Program-made: the position numbers and the translations under genes
Shown here: piece by piece, positions 16,279 to 26,324 of the stretch
How the letters are laid out: every line of letters starts with the position of its first letter
Numbering within the stretch: position 1 is the stretch's first letter
NCBI RefSeq assembly: GCF_009557235.1
Contig: NZ_CP045650.1
Span: 300,001-332,000 of the forward strand
DNA from: Acinetobacter wanghuae
GTDB taxonomy: Bacteria > Pseudomonadota > Gammaproteobacteria > Pseudomonadales > Moraxellaceae
Direction of reading: 5' to 3'
DNA: 32,000 nt
Notes under the pieces: model-generated
Database searches by the model: none
The model's input: only the letters and a program-made list of their open reading frames with translations
What the model was told of the DNA's origin: nothing

Positions 16279-17694
16279 ATGCAGTCGCAAAACCAAGAAT
16301 TTAAACTGATGGACGAACAAAAACTTTCAGTTGACCTGATCAGTGCTCAATATGCGCTTAAAGATACGCGTGGGCAAAAGAATGCCAAGAGTTTAGTGAT
16401 ATTGGTCAATGGCATTGAGCTTGCAGGTAAAGGCGAAGCAGTGAAGCAACTGCGTGAATGGGTCGATCCACGTTATTTATTGGTGAAAGCTGATCCTCCG
16501 CAAGTCCTCGATGGCAAGCAACCCTTTTGGCAACCTTATGCACGTTTTATTCCAGCTGAGGGTCAAATACAGGTGCTGTTTGGTAGTTGGTATAGCGATT
16601 TACTTAGCACTGCTATGCATGCTTCACATCCGATTGATGACAGCCTATTCGATGATTATGTCGCGCGTATGCGGGCTTTTGAACAAGACCTGAAAAATAA
16701 CCATGTCGATGTGATTAAAATTTGGTTTGACCTGCCATGGAAAGCCTTGCAAAAACGGCTTGATGAGATTGAACCAAGTGAAATCCATTGGCATAAGTTA
16801 CATGGTTTAAATTGGCGCAGTCAAAAACAATACGACGCAATCCAACGACTCAGGCAGCGCTTCACCGATGATTGGTACATCATTGATGGTGAAGATGAAG
16901 CACAGCGTGATCAACAGTTTGCGCAGCATATTTTAAAAGCATTGGCACATTGCCCTGTACATCCTGTTAAAGCCTCGGGCAGATGGAAGCAGGAAAAAGT
17001 CCCTTTGGTATTGCAAAAGCCTGCTCAGGAACAGCTTGAAAAAGCAGAGTACAAGCCTGAACTTAAAAAACTCAGTCGTAAAGTCGCAGATGCATTGCGA
17101 ACTGATCCACGTCGCGTAGTAATTTTATTTGAGGGCATGGATGCGGCAGGCAAGGGTGGAGCAATTAAACGCATTGTCAAAAAACTTGATCCTCGCGAAT
17201 ACGAAATTCATACCATCGCTGCACCAGAAAAATATGAATTACGCCGACCCTATTTATGGCGTTTTTGGAGCAAACTGAATACGGAAGATATCTGTATCTT
17301 TGATCGTTCTTGGTATGGTCGAGTTTTGGTTGAGCGAATCGAAGGCTTTGCAACACCAGTTGAATGGCAACGTGCTTATGATGAGATCAATCGTTTTGAA
17401 CAAGATTTAATCCAAAATGAAACTGTCGTCATTAAGTTTTGGTTGGCGATTTCAAAAGATGAGCAAGCAGCACGTTTTAAAGCCCGTGAAGAAACCGCGC
17501 ATAAACGCTTTAAGATTACCGATGATGATTGGCGCAATCGTGAACGTTGGAATGATTATTTAAAAGCAGCGGCAGACATGTTTGCACGTACCAACACTGA
17601 AAATGCACCATGGCATGTGATTGCAACTGATGATAAATACACTGCACGCATTGAAATTTTACGTACTATTCTTAAACAGCTCAAAGGCGGATAA
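16279..17694 (+). CDS. pap: Two-domain polyphosphate kinase 2 (class II PPK2; polyphosphate:AMP phosphotransferase PAP-type)
   Basis: Two tandem PPK2 domains. The N-terminal domain has a variant P-loop GIELAGKGE. The C-terminal domain has the canonical GMDAAGKGG plus RPYLWRFW and DRSWYGRVLVERIEGF. The size (471 aa) and architecture match the PAP described from Acinetobacter johnsonii. The ORF track starts at TTG 16273. I prefer the ATG at 16279. Confidence 0.85.
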   Translation: MQSQNQEFKLMDEQKLSVDLISAQYALKDTRGQKNAKSLVILVNGIELAGKGEAVKQLREWVDPRYLLVKADPPQVLDGKQPFWQPYARFIPAEGQIQVLFGSWYSDLLSTAMHASHPIDDSLFDDYVARMRAFEQDLKNNHVDVIKIWFDLPWKALQKRLDEIEPSEIHWHKLHGLNWRSQKQYDAIQRLRQRFTDDWYIIDGEDEAQRDQQFAQHILKALAHCPVHPVKASGRWKQEKVPLVLQKPAQEQLEKAEYKPELKKLSRKVADALRTDPRRVVILFEGMDAAGKGGAIKRIVKKLDPREYEIHTIAAPEKYELRRPYLWRFWSKLNTEDICIFDRSWYGRVLVERIEGFATPVEWQRAYDEINRFEQDLIQNETVVIKFWLAISKDEQAARFKAREETAHKRFKITDDDWRNRERWNDYLKAAADMFARTNTENAPWHVIATDDKYTARIEILRTILKQLKGG

Positions 17695-17744
17695 GCGTTG
17701 TTGAGCTGTTTAAGTTAAGTGATGAGTTTAAATGTCGTTTAACA

Positions 17745-17780
17745 AAGTGGCTTAAATCGTTTGAGCCACTTGTTTTTGTT
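17745..17780 (+). terminator. Rho-independent terminator of pap, overlapping the 3-prime end of the convergent gene
   Basis: An 8-bp stem AAGTGGCT (17745-17752) pairs with AGCCACTT (17764-17771) around an 11-nt loop, followed by GTTTTTGTT. The loop contains the stop codon (complement of 17752-17754) of the minus-strand CDS. Confidence 0.6.
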
Positions 17781-18255
17781 GAATGCTTTTTGCCGTGCGG
17801 TAGCATTCCTCTACATGTGCTTCAGCCACTTTTTTCATTACGAAATAACCCAAGCTTGCCGCAATAAGTTGTCCACCCAGTGGAATAAACTTGGTAATTT
17901 GTTTGGTAATGACTTTGGCGGCGACATTGTTAATCGATTTTTTGACGGCAGTGCGCGCCACCACTAAACCTGAAAATTCGACACCGCGTTTACGTAATTC
18001 ATTCCAATGTACTTGTTTGGTTTTCGGGTCAAAGACACTCATTTGTTCGGGTGCTAGCCCAAAGCGTGCATTGATCTCGGGCATCAGTTGAGACAAAATG
18101 CCGACATCAATCACGACATCTAAGAATGGCACTGGAATAACAGCGGCGCCTGCGGAAAAATAGGCACGCTTTTTAATGAGTTCCAGACATTCTTCACGAA
18201 CGCGTTCAAGGTCTAAACTTGGATCAATTTGATCCGGAATTTTGTCTAATTTCAT
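17752..18255 (-). CDS. Hypothetical protein, DUF697-like (YcjF-type domain pattern)
   Basis: 167 aa. The segment AGAAVIPVPFLDVVIDVGILSQLMPEINARFGL resembles the DUF697 signature (G-x-P-x-P-x-x-D followed by a hydrophobic helix). The family assignment is from memory only. Confidence 0.5.
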   Translation of the reverse strand: MKLDKIPDQIDPSLDLERVREECLELIKKRAYFSAGAAVIPVPFLDVVIDVGILSQLMPEINARFGLAPEQMSVFDPKTKQVHWNELRKRGVEFSGLVVARTAVKKSINNVAAKVITKQITKFIPLGGQLIAASLGYFVMKKVAEAHVEECYRTAKSIQQKQVAQTI

Positions 18256-18444
18256 AAATATTTACCTAAGATGCTTGGCTTTATTTTGTCATTTGGCTGA
18301 ATCAGTCGAGATTTAAGCTATTTTTTTCAAAGCATATTTTTAGCTTAAGCTGTCTTTTAAAAGTGGCATAGACAGATGCTTAAGTATAGTAAATAATCTT
18401 TATTGTTTTGTAGTATCTGTGCTGTTTTATTGATTGGAGAAGCA

Positions 18445-21400
18445 ATGGCAATTCATGTTATTCAAAGTCAACGTATTGATGTGCTTTTGGATAGCATGCT
18501 GCGTATTGTCAACCAAAGGGCGACGCATCCTTTGGCAGTGTTACAGACGCGACATTTTATTGTGCCATCTCCAGCAGTCGAAGCATGGCTTACGCAAAAA
18601 ATTGCTGAGAAAAAAGGCATCAGTGCCAATACCCAATTTCATCATCGGATTCGTGCCTTTCAATGGACCTCTTATCAGTGGGTATTGAATACGCAAAAAG
18701 AGCTTGAGCAGGTACGTGAAGCCAATATTCCGCGCATTATTATTAAATGGCGGGCTTTTCAGGCGTTGCGCAAAACCATTCTTCCCGATGAAATTCCGCT
18801 GAAATCTGGACATCCGCTGTATTCGATTGTGAAACGCATTTATGACAGTGCTGATCGCTTGGAACATGGTGCAGAAAAACAACTGAAAAAACAAAGCATG
18901 TTGTATTGGGTCTGTGAACAAGTATCGCGTCTATTTAGCCATTATATGGATTATCGCGGTTACTGTGCCCGCAATTGCCCACCCAAACAATGTACTTGCG
19001 CGACCAATTGGCTCGATGCGTGGGGACAAGATCTGCCGCTCGATGTCGAGCAAATGATTTACACGCCAAAAGATGAAAATGGTCAAGAGATTCAAATTTC
19101 TGATTTTATAAAAATTCAAGCACGTGAGCTAGAAGCTTGGCAACGCTGGTTATGGCAACATATTTTCCAAGACGACTACAGCAAAATTTTAGAAATTGAG
19201 AAACTGTATTGGGAAAAAATTGAAAGTGTAGAGACTCAAGCCGAGGCGTTAAAACATTTGCCCTCACAAGTGGTGGTCTTTACTTTACTTGAACTTCCTC
19301 CCAATCAGCTCGATTTTTTGCGCCGTCTTGGGCAATACATTGATATTTATATTTTCCACTTTAACCCTTCCCAAGAATATTGGGCAGATAGTGTCGACCC
19401 GGATTGGAAGGAAAAATTTGATCTTCAGCGTGAAGAACGTTTTATTGAGCGTTTTGAAAAGACCCGTAAACGTCAACCGAATGATGCTGAAATTAATAAA
19501 TTTCGTGCCAGTCAGCTGAATTTTGATGCTGAAGATCGCGAATCACGCCATCCATTGTTAACTCGTTTTGGCAAACAGGCACGGGATCATTTCTCCTTGT
19601 TATCTAAACTGTCCTCGGGTGAAGAAGGCTTATGGGCAGATGCCTTTGTCGACGAATACCAAGCGCATTTACTTGCCAAAATCCAATCGGATATTTTGTA
19701 TTTGGTTGAGCCTGAACGGCATGCATATCTGCTACAACCCGATGATCATTCGGTACAAATTCATGTTTGTCATTCATCGCTTAGACAGCTTGAAGTCCTG
19801 CGTGAGCAAATTACTTTTTGGTTGTCACAAGGTACCGAAGATGCACCACGTGATCCACATGATATTTTGGTCTTAACCCCAAATCTCAAAGATTTAGAAC
19901 CTGCGATTCGTAGTGTATTTGCCCCGCCACCACGCGAGCGCGAGTTTGGTCAAAATCGTCTCAATAAAAACAATATTTATTTGCCGATTCAAATTTCAGG
20001 CGTGTCCCGACTCGATGTCAGCAATGCATGGCGTGCAGTGTTAGGGCGTATTCAATGGGTACGTGGACGCTTTAGCATTGAAGATTTTACTGATTGGCTC
20101 AGCTTAAATGCTACGCAACAGCGCTACGCATTGGACTATGTGCAGGTCGAACGCATGTTACAGCTTTTAGCAAATGCAGGGTTTAAACGCGGGCTGGATC
20201 AGCAACATTTGCAACAGACACTGACCGATGATGATCAAGATTATCGCTTTAGTTTTAAGTATGCCTTAGACCGTTTGGCCTTGGGAATTGCCATTCCTGA
20301 ACATCAAATGTTTGGCGAGACTTTAAGCTTTGCCAAAGTACAGCCGAGCGATTTCCCCCTCATTGGAACACTGATTGAAATTTATCGGGATTTAGACAGT
20401 CGTCGTACTTGGCTAAGTGCGCATGAACAGGGTGTACGTACACCTGTTAAGGTGTGGCTAGAATATTTAAATCGTGATTTGAATGAATTCCGTGCCGCAG
20501 GTGTGGAGTCGCTGAAAACGGTTGCTGAACTACTCGATAAGCAAATGCGTATGCTGACATTGGCAGATTATCACGATCAAGATGACCCGAATGCAACCCA
20601 AGAACTGGTTGAACTGAGTTTGCCTTTGCCATATGTGCTTGAAGAACTACAAAACAGCTTAGATGTACAGATTGATCAGGCAGAACCAACCGGACAAATT
20701 ACCTTTAGTCAAATTGGTCAAATTCGCCCCGTGCCTTATAAATTGGTGGTCATGTTAAATTTGGATACGGGTAAATTTCCCAGTCGGAATCAAAATGTGC
20801 CGTTTGACTTGATGAGTATGTTGAAACCTCAGTTAGGTGATCGCTCACGTTTAGACGATGATCAAGGTGCATTTTTAGATGCACTATTACTCGCACAAGA
20901 GAATCTTTGGTTGTTCTATAACGGTTTTGATCTCGATGATGGCGAAGCACGTGATCCATCGACATCTTTGCATGAACTTGTCCAACATATTGCACTGATT
21001 TGTGCGTCTAAAACGCCAGATTCTGATGTTGATCCTTTGGTAAATCTACAAGGAATTGAGGTCGCTGAGCATATTCAACAGATTTACCACATCCATCCGA
21101 TGCAGCCTTTTGACCCCATTGGATTTACTGAAATCAAAACACCACGTTTACAAGATCAATGGTTTGCTGTGGCTGAAAATATTCGTTCTGCTCAAGCGCA
21201 GCGTCAGAGTTGGATTAATACCGATTATGCTGTTGCTGCAAATGACAGCTTACGTATTTTGAAGGGCGAGGAATGGATTCGTGACATGACATTCCCTGCG
21301 CGCTTGTTCCTAAAAAGTGTCGGTATTTCTAGTGTGCGTTATGCAGATTTGCCCGCAGCGCAAGAACCTCTCATTTTAAATAAGTTAGAACAATACCAAG

Positions 21401-22149
21401 TACGTGATTTCTTGATGCAACAAGACCAAGAAATTGAGCTAAAACTGATGTCGGATTTATTGCCTGTTGGGAAAACCCAAGAGGCGACATGGCTCAGCAG
21501 CCAACAAGAGCAAGAACTGCTAAACGAGCGACTGATTCAGCTTGATAAAACGGTGACTGCGATAACGCAGCGTACATGGAATTATCAGTCCGATTTGGTC
21601 TTGAATATTAGTGTGCCTGAAGATAACGCGAGTATGTATTGGCTGAGTATGCAATCTGCTTCAGCTTCGGAGCGTCGTCGTGCCCAAGTCTGGCTTGAGT
21701 ATTTATTGTGGTTGGCATACCTCAATAATGATGAATCAACAGCTGATTTAGAGCGCATTGTGATCTTTAGCAATAAAACCTTGCGTTATACAGGCGTGAC
21801 TTCCTCTAAAGCACGAGAATATTTACAGCATTGGTTTAATGCATGGGAAGCGGGGCAGAAGCAGCCATTGGTGTTACCGGCCGAACTGATGTTAAAAAAA
21901 GACTGGACTTGGGTTGAAGATGAGCAAGGCAATATACATATTGCTGAGATGCCTAAATTGCTAGAAGATTGGAACAACAGCTTTGAAAGTTCACGTCCTT
22001 TGACGAGCGATGAGTCTAATCAGCGTCATCAAGATTGGCAGTTTATATTACAAGATCAAGATGCCGATCAAGCTTTAACACAAAGCTGTATTCGCTTTGC
22101 ATATCGCTTATATGCCCCGATTCAAGATCATTTAGAGTGGGTGAAATAA
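18445..22149 (+). CDS. recC: Exodeoxyribonuclease V gamma subunit RecC
   Basis: 1234 aa from the ATG at 18445, preceded by a GGAGA SD at 18436-18440. The ORF track starts at TTG 18403. RecC-specific blocks are present: MAIHVIQSQRIDVLL (compare MLRVYHSNRLDVL), IQSDILYL, IHVCHSSLRQLEVLREQI, and PYKLVVMLNLDTGKFPSRN...GDRSRLDDDQGAFLDALLLAQENLWLFY. Confidence 0.92.
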   Translation: MAIHVIQSQRIDVLLDSMLRIVNQRATHPLAVLQTRHFIVPSPAVEAWLTQKIAEKKGISANTQFHHRIRAFQWTSYQWVLNTQKELEQVREANIPRIIIKWRAFQALRKTILPDEIPLKSGHPLYSIVKRIYDSADRLEHGAEKQLKKQSMLYWVCEQVSRLFSHYMDYRGYCARNCPPKQCTCATNWLDAWGQDLPLDVEQMIYTPKDENGQEIQISDFIKIQARELEAWQRWLWQHIFQDDYSKILEIEKLYWEKIESVETQAEALKHLPSQVVVFTLLELPPNQLDFLRRLGQYIDIYIFHFNPSQEYWADSVDPDWKEKFDLQREERFIERFEKTRKRQPNDAEINKFRASQLNFDAEDRESRHPLLTRFGKQARDHFSLLSKLSSGEEGLWADAFVDEYQAHLLAKIQSDILYLVEPERHAYLLQPDDHSVQIHVCHSSLRQLEVLREQITFWLSQGTEDAPRDPHDILVLTPNLKDLEPAIRSVFAPPPREREFGQNRLNKNNIYLPIQISGVSRLDVSNAWRAVLGRIQWVRGRFSIEDFTDWLSLNATQQRYALDYVQVERMLQLLANAGFKRGLDQQHLQQTLTDDDQDYRFSFKYALDRLALGIAIPEHQMFGETLSFAKVQPSDFPLIGTLIEIYRDLDSRRTWLSAHEQGVRTPVKVWLEYLNRDLNEFRAAGVESLKTVAELLDKQMRMLTLADYHDQDDPNATQELVELSLPLPYVLEELQNSLDVQIDQAEPTGQITFSQIGQIRPVPYKLVVMLNLDTGKFPSRNQNVPFDLMSMLKPQLGDRSRLDDDQGAFLDALLLAQENLWLFYNGFDLDDGEARDPSTSLHELVQHIALICASKTPDSDVDPLVNLQGIEVAEHIQQIYHIHPMQPFDPIGFTEIKTPRLQDQWFAVAENIRSAQAQRQSWINTDYAVAANDSLRILKGEEWIRDMTFPARLFLKSVGISSVRYADLPAAQEPLILNKLEQYQVRDFLMQQDQEIELKLMSDLLPVGKTQEATWLSSQQEQELLNERLIQLDKTVTAITQRTWNYQSDLVLNISVPEDNASMYWLSMQSASASERRRAQVWLEYLLWLAYLNNDESTADLERIVIFSNKTLRYTGVTSSKAREYLQHWFNAWEAGQKQPLVLPAELMLKKDWTWVEDEQGNIHIAEMPKLLEDWNNSFESSRPLTSDESNQRHQDWQFILQDQDADQALTQSCIRFAYRLYAPIQDHLEWVK

Positions 22150-22153
22150 TAGG

Positions 22154-25100
22154 ATGAATATGTCAGCCCATCTTTCTAAAAAAATATCGACCAACCCCAT
22201 TCAAGACATGCAGTTTAAGGGTCTGCATTGGATTGAGGCATCTGCCGGAACGGGCAAAACCTATACACTTTCCAGCTTAATGGTACGTATATTCTTGGAT
22301 TGCTATTATCCAAATCAAGTGATTGCGACGACCTTTACCCGTAAAGCAACAGCGGAACTAAAAAGCCGTGTACGGGCACGTGTTCAGGACACATTAGGGT
22401 ATATTGAAAAGCATCAACAGTTAAATTCTGTTGAGATACAAGCGCAGATTGAACGTGAATCCGATCCTTTATTTAAAAAAGTATTGCTCGATTATGGCTC
22501 GCGTATGGATTACGCACGCCGTCGCTTACGTTTGGTGTTAAATCAACTCGATGAACTGTTTGTTGGTACGTTAGACAGCTTTAGTCAAAAGTTGCTGCGT
22601 GAATTTGCCTTTGAAAGTGGCAAAATTGAACGTGCTGAACTGACCGAAGATCAGGATTTGTATATTCAGCAGCTGATTCATGATGTACTGCGTGAATGGA
22701 TTCAACAGCAACCGCAATATGTGATTAATCAGTTGTATCTGCAAAATATGCTGAAATCTTCGGATCACTATATTGGTTTGGTCCGTGATGCTTTAAATTT
22801 CAGTGCTGCTCACTTTAAACAAGTCAAACATGTCGATTGGGACTTAGAACCACTGAATCATTGCATCAATGCTTTGGTGAACATTGATGCGCAAGCGTTG
22901 CTCGATATTCAACAGTATTGCAGCGAAACCCCGAAATATTTTCATAAAAGCTTTTTGACCAAATTGGTGGATATTTCTGAGCAATATCCACATTGGTCTG
23001 CGCAGCTTAAAGTACAAGCGGGGATGAGTTTCTTTGATGCAGCATGTAGTAAAACCTTGCTGCAACTGTGCTATTTACGTCGTAAGAAAACAGACTTTGA
23101 ACCGACGACACAGGTCTTTAATAAGAGTTGTCCTGAAGATGAACAACAGCGCTTTTTAAACAATGGATTGATTCGTGCCATTGATGCGTTATGCGAAATG
23201 AAAGTGGCATTAAATGCGAAGTTTGAGCAACTAAAAAAGCATTTGGATTATCACTTGATTCGGAGTGTCCAAAACCGTTTGCCACAAACATTACAAAAAC
23301 AAGGTGAAACAACGTTTTCTCAGCAAATTCGAACCTTGGCAGAAGCTTTACAAGGTGAGCAAGGGCGTCGTTTTGCCCAGTTTGTACAGTCGCGCTATCC
23401 TTTAATTTTGGTCGATGAATTCCAAGATACAAACCAAGATCAAGATGATTTGCTGGCTAAAATTTGGCGTGATGCTGCGCGAGTCAATTTGGGTTGTATG
23501 ATCATGGTCGGAGACCCGAAACAAGCGATTTATGGTTTCCGTGGTGGCGATATGCTGACCTATAACAAAGCACATGCAGATGTTTTGTTAAAACAAGGTA
23601 CACAATATACGCTGACTCAGAACCATCGTTCGGTGAAACCTTTGGTTGAGGTGGTGGATGCACTGTTTCAGCGCCAAATGGACTTTGGGGAAAACGTGCG
23701 TTATAGCTTGATTGAAGCAGGCAGTCGTCCACATCCTAATTTGATGGATGGCTCTGAGTCAAATCCTTATCCATTGCGCTGGATGCAATTAACTGAAGAC
23801 GCCAGTGAAGTGGATCAAGTGGTATGGAAAATTCGTGATTTACTGAATCAAGCACAACAAAATCAACTATTTTTTCAAGATCAACAGGGTGTGACTCGCG
23901 CATTTTGCGAAGATGATATTGCAGTGCTTGGCTTTGGACATTATGCGCTCGAGCAGGTCAAACAACGTTTACAACGGATGCAGATTCCCTGCTTTAAAGA
24001 GTCTAAGCAAAGCGTGTTTGCAAGTCACGTTGCTCAAGATGTTGCCGCAGTCTTGACTGCCATTATGGATCCCTTTAATGAAGCGAAAATTAAACGTGCT
24101 TTAATTACGCGATTACTTGGATTTGATCTTCAAACCTTACTTGAGTTGCAAAATCATACGGAAGGCTTAAGCCGATTCATCCGTGATTTCGATGCTATTC
24201 GTGAAATGTGGTTCGATAAAGGCTTTTTAACGGCATGGAACTATGCGCTTAATTTATTTAGCGTTTGGACCAATATCGTCGCCAATCAAAGTATTGATAA
24301 CGAACGGGTGGTGGTAAATTTACGGCACTTAACGGAAATTTTGAGCCATCAAAGTGAATATTATCAGGGTGCGCAGAAGCTATATCACTGGTATTTACGT
24401 CAGTTGCAAGCACCTTCTGGAAAAGACAGCGAAAAAGAACGCAAGCTCTCAGGTGATCGTGGGGTGCAGCTCCTTACGATTCATGCTTCAAAAGGGCTTG
24501 AGTTTAAAGTGGTGTTTTTGTTGGGTGCGGACGCTGCATTTGATGTGAATAAAGGCAACTTAAACTTTTCATTAAGTGACACACTCTCTGAAAGTGTTTT
24601 AGAGCAATCGCGTGTGATTGCGGTCAATCATAAAGACTTACATGAGCAAGCCATTTTACAAAATGCTGAACGTAATGCCGCGGAAAACCATCGCTTATGG
24701 TATGTGGCACTGACCCGAGCAAGCCACCGTGTATATGCCATGCTCAGTCAGAAAAATGCCGAATCAAGCTCTGGTTTAGCATTTTGGCGTGGGCAAGGCA
24801 GCGATGTTTTTGAACATCCTTTAAGTTGTTTAGAGGATGAATTGGCGCGTGAGCCTATTGCGATCATCGCGCAAGAACAAATCGTACCGAATGCAATCTC
24901 AGCACAGCCATTGCCCAATCAGCAATTTTATCCGCGTACTAAAACCAGTTTTACCGCGCTGTCGAACCATCAGGCGTATACCACGCCCTTAAAAGATGAT
25001 TTAGTGACGCTTGCAGAACATCATGACAGTGCAGCCGATGAGACTCATCTTACGCTATTAGAAAATGACATCACCGTGGAGCCACTGGATTGGATTAAAG

Positions 25101-26278
25101 TCAATTTCCCGAAAGGCACAGTGGCAGGAACGTTCTTACATAGTATTTTTGAACATATTGATTTTCAAGACCGCGCGTATTGGAACTTAGAAATTCGTCG
25201 CCGTTTTAAAAATACCGCGCCACAAATTTGGACAGAGCTCAAAGATAAGTTCCAAAAAGCCTTTCAAGTAGAATCTTTATTACAGCGTGCGTTTAAAGGC
25301 GTGTATGCCGATGCGACAGTGAATTTACAAACCCTGTTTAAACGCATTGCCAACACCATGCATCTCAACAGTGAATCGCTTATTTTAGCCATTCAAAAAG
25401 TATTGTTGAGTCTAAACTATAAGTTGCTGACAGGTATTCGTCAGCATAAACATGATGCCGCTTACCGACAGCAATGGCAGTCTTTCTTTAAAGATCCTGA
25501 TGATTTTTCTGAAGCAGAGTTCATCGCATTTTTAACCCAATTTAATCGTTACTTTGAAGAATTAGATGACGATGTCTTTATTCAGCTATTCGAAAAAGAG
25601 ATTGCCAATATTGCACATGCTGAACCAAAAGCAATCTCTGTAGAAGCATTGCTACAACAGGCGATGATGGTTTTTATTGAAGAAATGCATGAAGATATCT
25701 TGCTTAACTTAATGCAAGATTGGTTAGGTGAAATCGTATCTACACCTATTCAAGCTGATTTTAGTCTGCAACAACTGAGTAAAGGCAGTTATTTGTCAGA
25801 GTTTCCTTTCTTCTTATCCATGCAAGATGCTGCTATTCAAATTAAACAAATTCACGCACTTTTTGTTGAATATGGCATTGTGATGGGCGATTTTAATGAA
25901 GCAAAATCCGCGCGATACTTAACGGGTTCAATTGACTTGGTTTATTTTGATGGTCAGCAATATCATATTGCCGATTATAAAAGTAACTTCCTTGGTCAAG
26001 ACCAACAAGACTATGCTAGCCATGCCATTCAAGACAATATGAGTCATTCTAGTTATTGGTTACAGGCGGCTCTGTATTTGGTGGCAATGCATCGTTATTT
26101 AACAGCCAATATGCAAGATTATGATATTCATCAGCATTTGGGCGGTGCAAGTTATCTGTATTTGCGTGGTATGAATGGATGCGCTGGACAGGGCAATCAT
26201 CATTGGCAACCGAGTGTTGAGTTCATTGAAAAACTTGATGCTATTTTGGGCTATTTTTCGCCTATTAAACCAGCTTAA
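22154..26278 (+). CDS. recB: Exodeoxyribonuclease V beta subunit RecB (SF1 helicase plus PD-(D/E)xK nuclease), unusually long
   Basis: Helicase motifs are present: IEASAGTGKTYTL, LVDEFQDTNQDQ, MVGDPKQAIYGFRGGD, TIHASKGLEFKVVFL, LWYVALTRAS. Nuclease motifs are present: GTFLHSIFEHIDF, GSIDLVYFDGQQYHIADYKSN, YWLQAALYLVAMHRYL. It starts 4 nt after the recC stop. Length is 1374 aa versus 1180 aa in E. coli. Confidence 0.92.
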   Translation: MNMSAHLSKKISTNPIQDMQFKGLHWIEASAGTGKTYTLSSLMVRIFLDCYYPNQVIATTFTRKATAELKSRVRARVQDTLGYIEKHQQLNSVEIQAQIERESDPLFKKVLLDYGSRMDYARRRLRLVLNQLDELFVGTLDSFSQKLLREFAFESGKIERAELTEDQDLYIQQLIHDVLREWIQQQPQYVINQLYLQNMLKSSDHYIGLVRDALNFSAAHFKQVKHVDWDLEPLNHCINALVNIDAQALLDIQQYCSETPKYFHKSFLTKLVDISEQYPHWSAQLKVQAGMSFFDAACSKTLLQLCYLRRKKTDFEPTTQVFNKSCPEDEQQRFLNNGLIRAIDALCEMKVALNAKFEQLKKHLDYHLIRSVQNRLPQTLQKQGETTFSQQIRTLAEALQGEQGRRFAQFVQSRYPLILVDEFQDTNQDQDDLLAKIWRDAARVNLGCMIMVGDPKQAIYGFRGGDMLTYNKAHADVLLKQGTQYTLTQNHRSVKPLVEVVDALFQRQMDFGENVRYSLIEAGSRPHPNLMDGSESNPYPLRWMQLTEDASEVDQVVWKIRDLLNQAQQNQLFFQDQQGVTRAFCEDDIAVLGFGHYALEQVKQRLQRMQIPCFKESKQSVFASHVAQDVAAVLTAIMDPFNEAKIKRALITRLLGFDLQTLLELQNHTEGLSRFIRDFDAIREMWFDKGFLTAWNYALNLFSVWTNIVANQSIDNERVVVNLRHLTEILSHQSEYYQGAQKLYHWYLRQLQAPSGKDSEKERKLSGDRGVQLLTIHASKGLEFKVVFLLGADAAFDVNKGNLNFSLSDTLSESVLEQSRVIAVNHKDLHEQAILQNAERNAAENHRLWYVALTRASHRVYAMLSQKNAESSSGLAFWRGQGSDVFEHPLSCLEDELAREPIAIIAQEQIVPNAISAQPLPNQQFYPRTKTSFTALSNHQAYTTPLKDDLVTLAEHHDSAADETHLTLLENDITVEPLDWIKVNFPKGTVAGTFLHSIFEHIDFQDRAYWNLEIRRRFKNTAPQIWTELKDKFQKAFQVESLLQRAFKGVYADATVNLQTLFKRIANTMHLNSESLILAIQKVLLSLNYKLLTGIRQHKHDAAYRQQWQSFFKDPDDFSEAEFIAFLTQFNRYFEELDDDVFIQLFEKEIANIAHAEPKAISVEALLQQAMMVFIEEMHEDILLNLMQDWLGEIVSTPIQADFSLQQLSKGSYLSEFPFFLSMQDAAIQIKQIHALFVEYGIVMGDFNEAKSARYLTGSIDLVYFDGQQYHIADYKSNFLGQDQQDYASHAIQDNMSHSSYWLQAALYLVAMHRYLTANMQDYDIHQHLGGASYLYLRGMNGCAGQGNHHWQPSVEFIEKLDAILGYFSPIKPA

Positions 26279-26324
26279 TTTTGCTAAGTTGAATATTTTA
26301 TATAAACGAAACAAAAAATTATCC

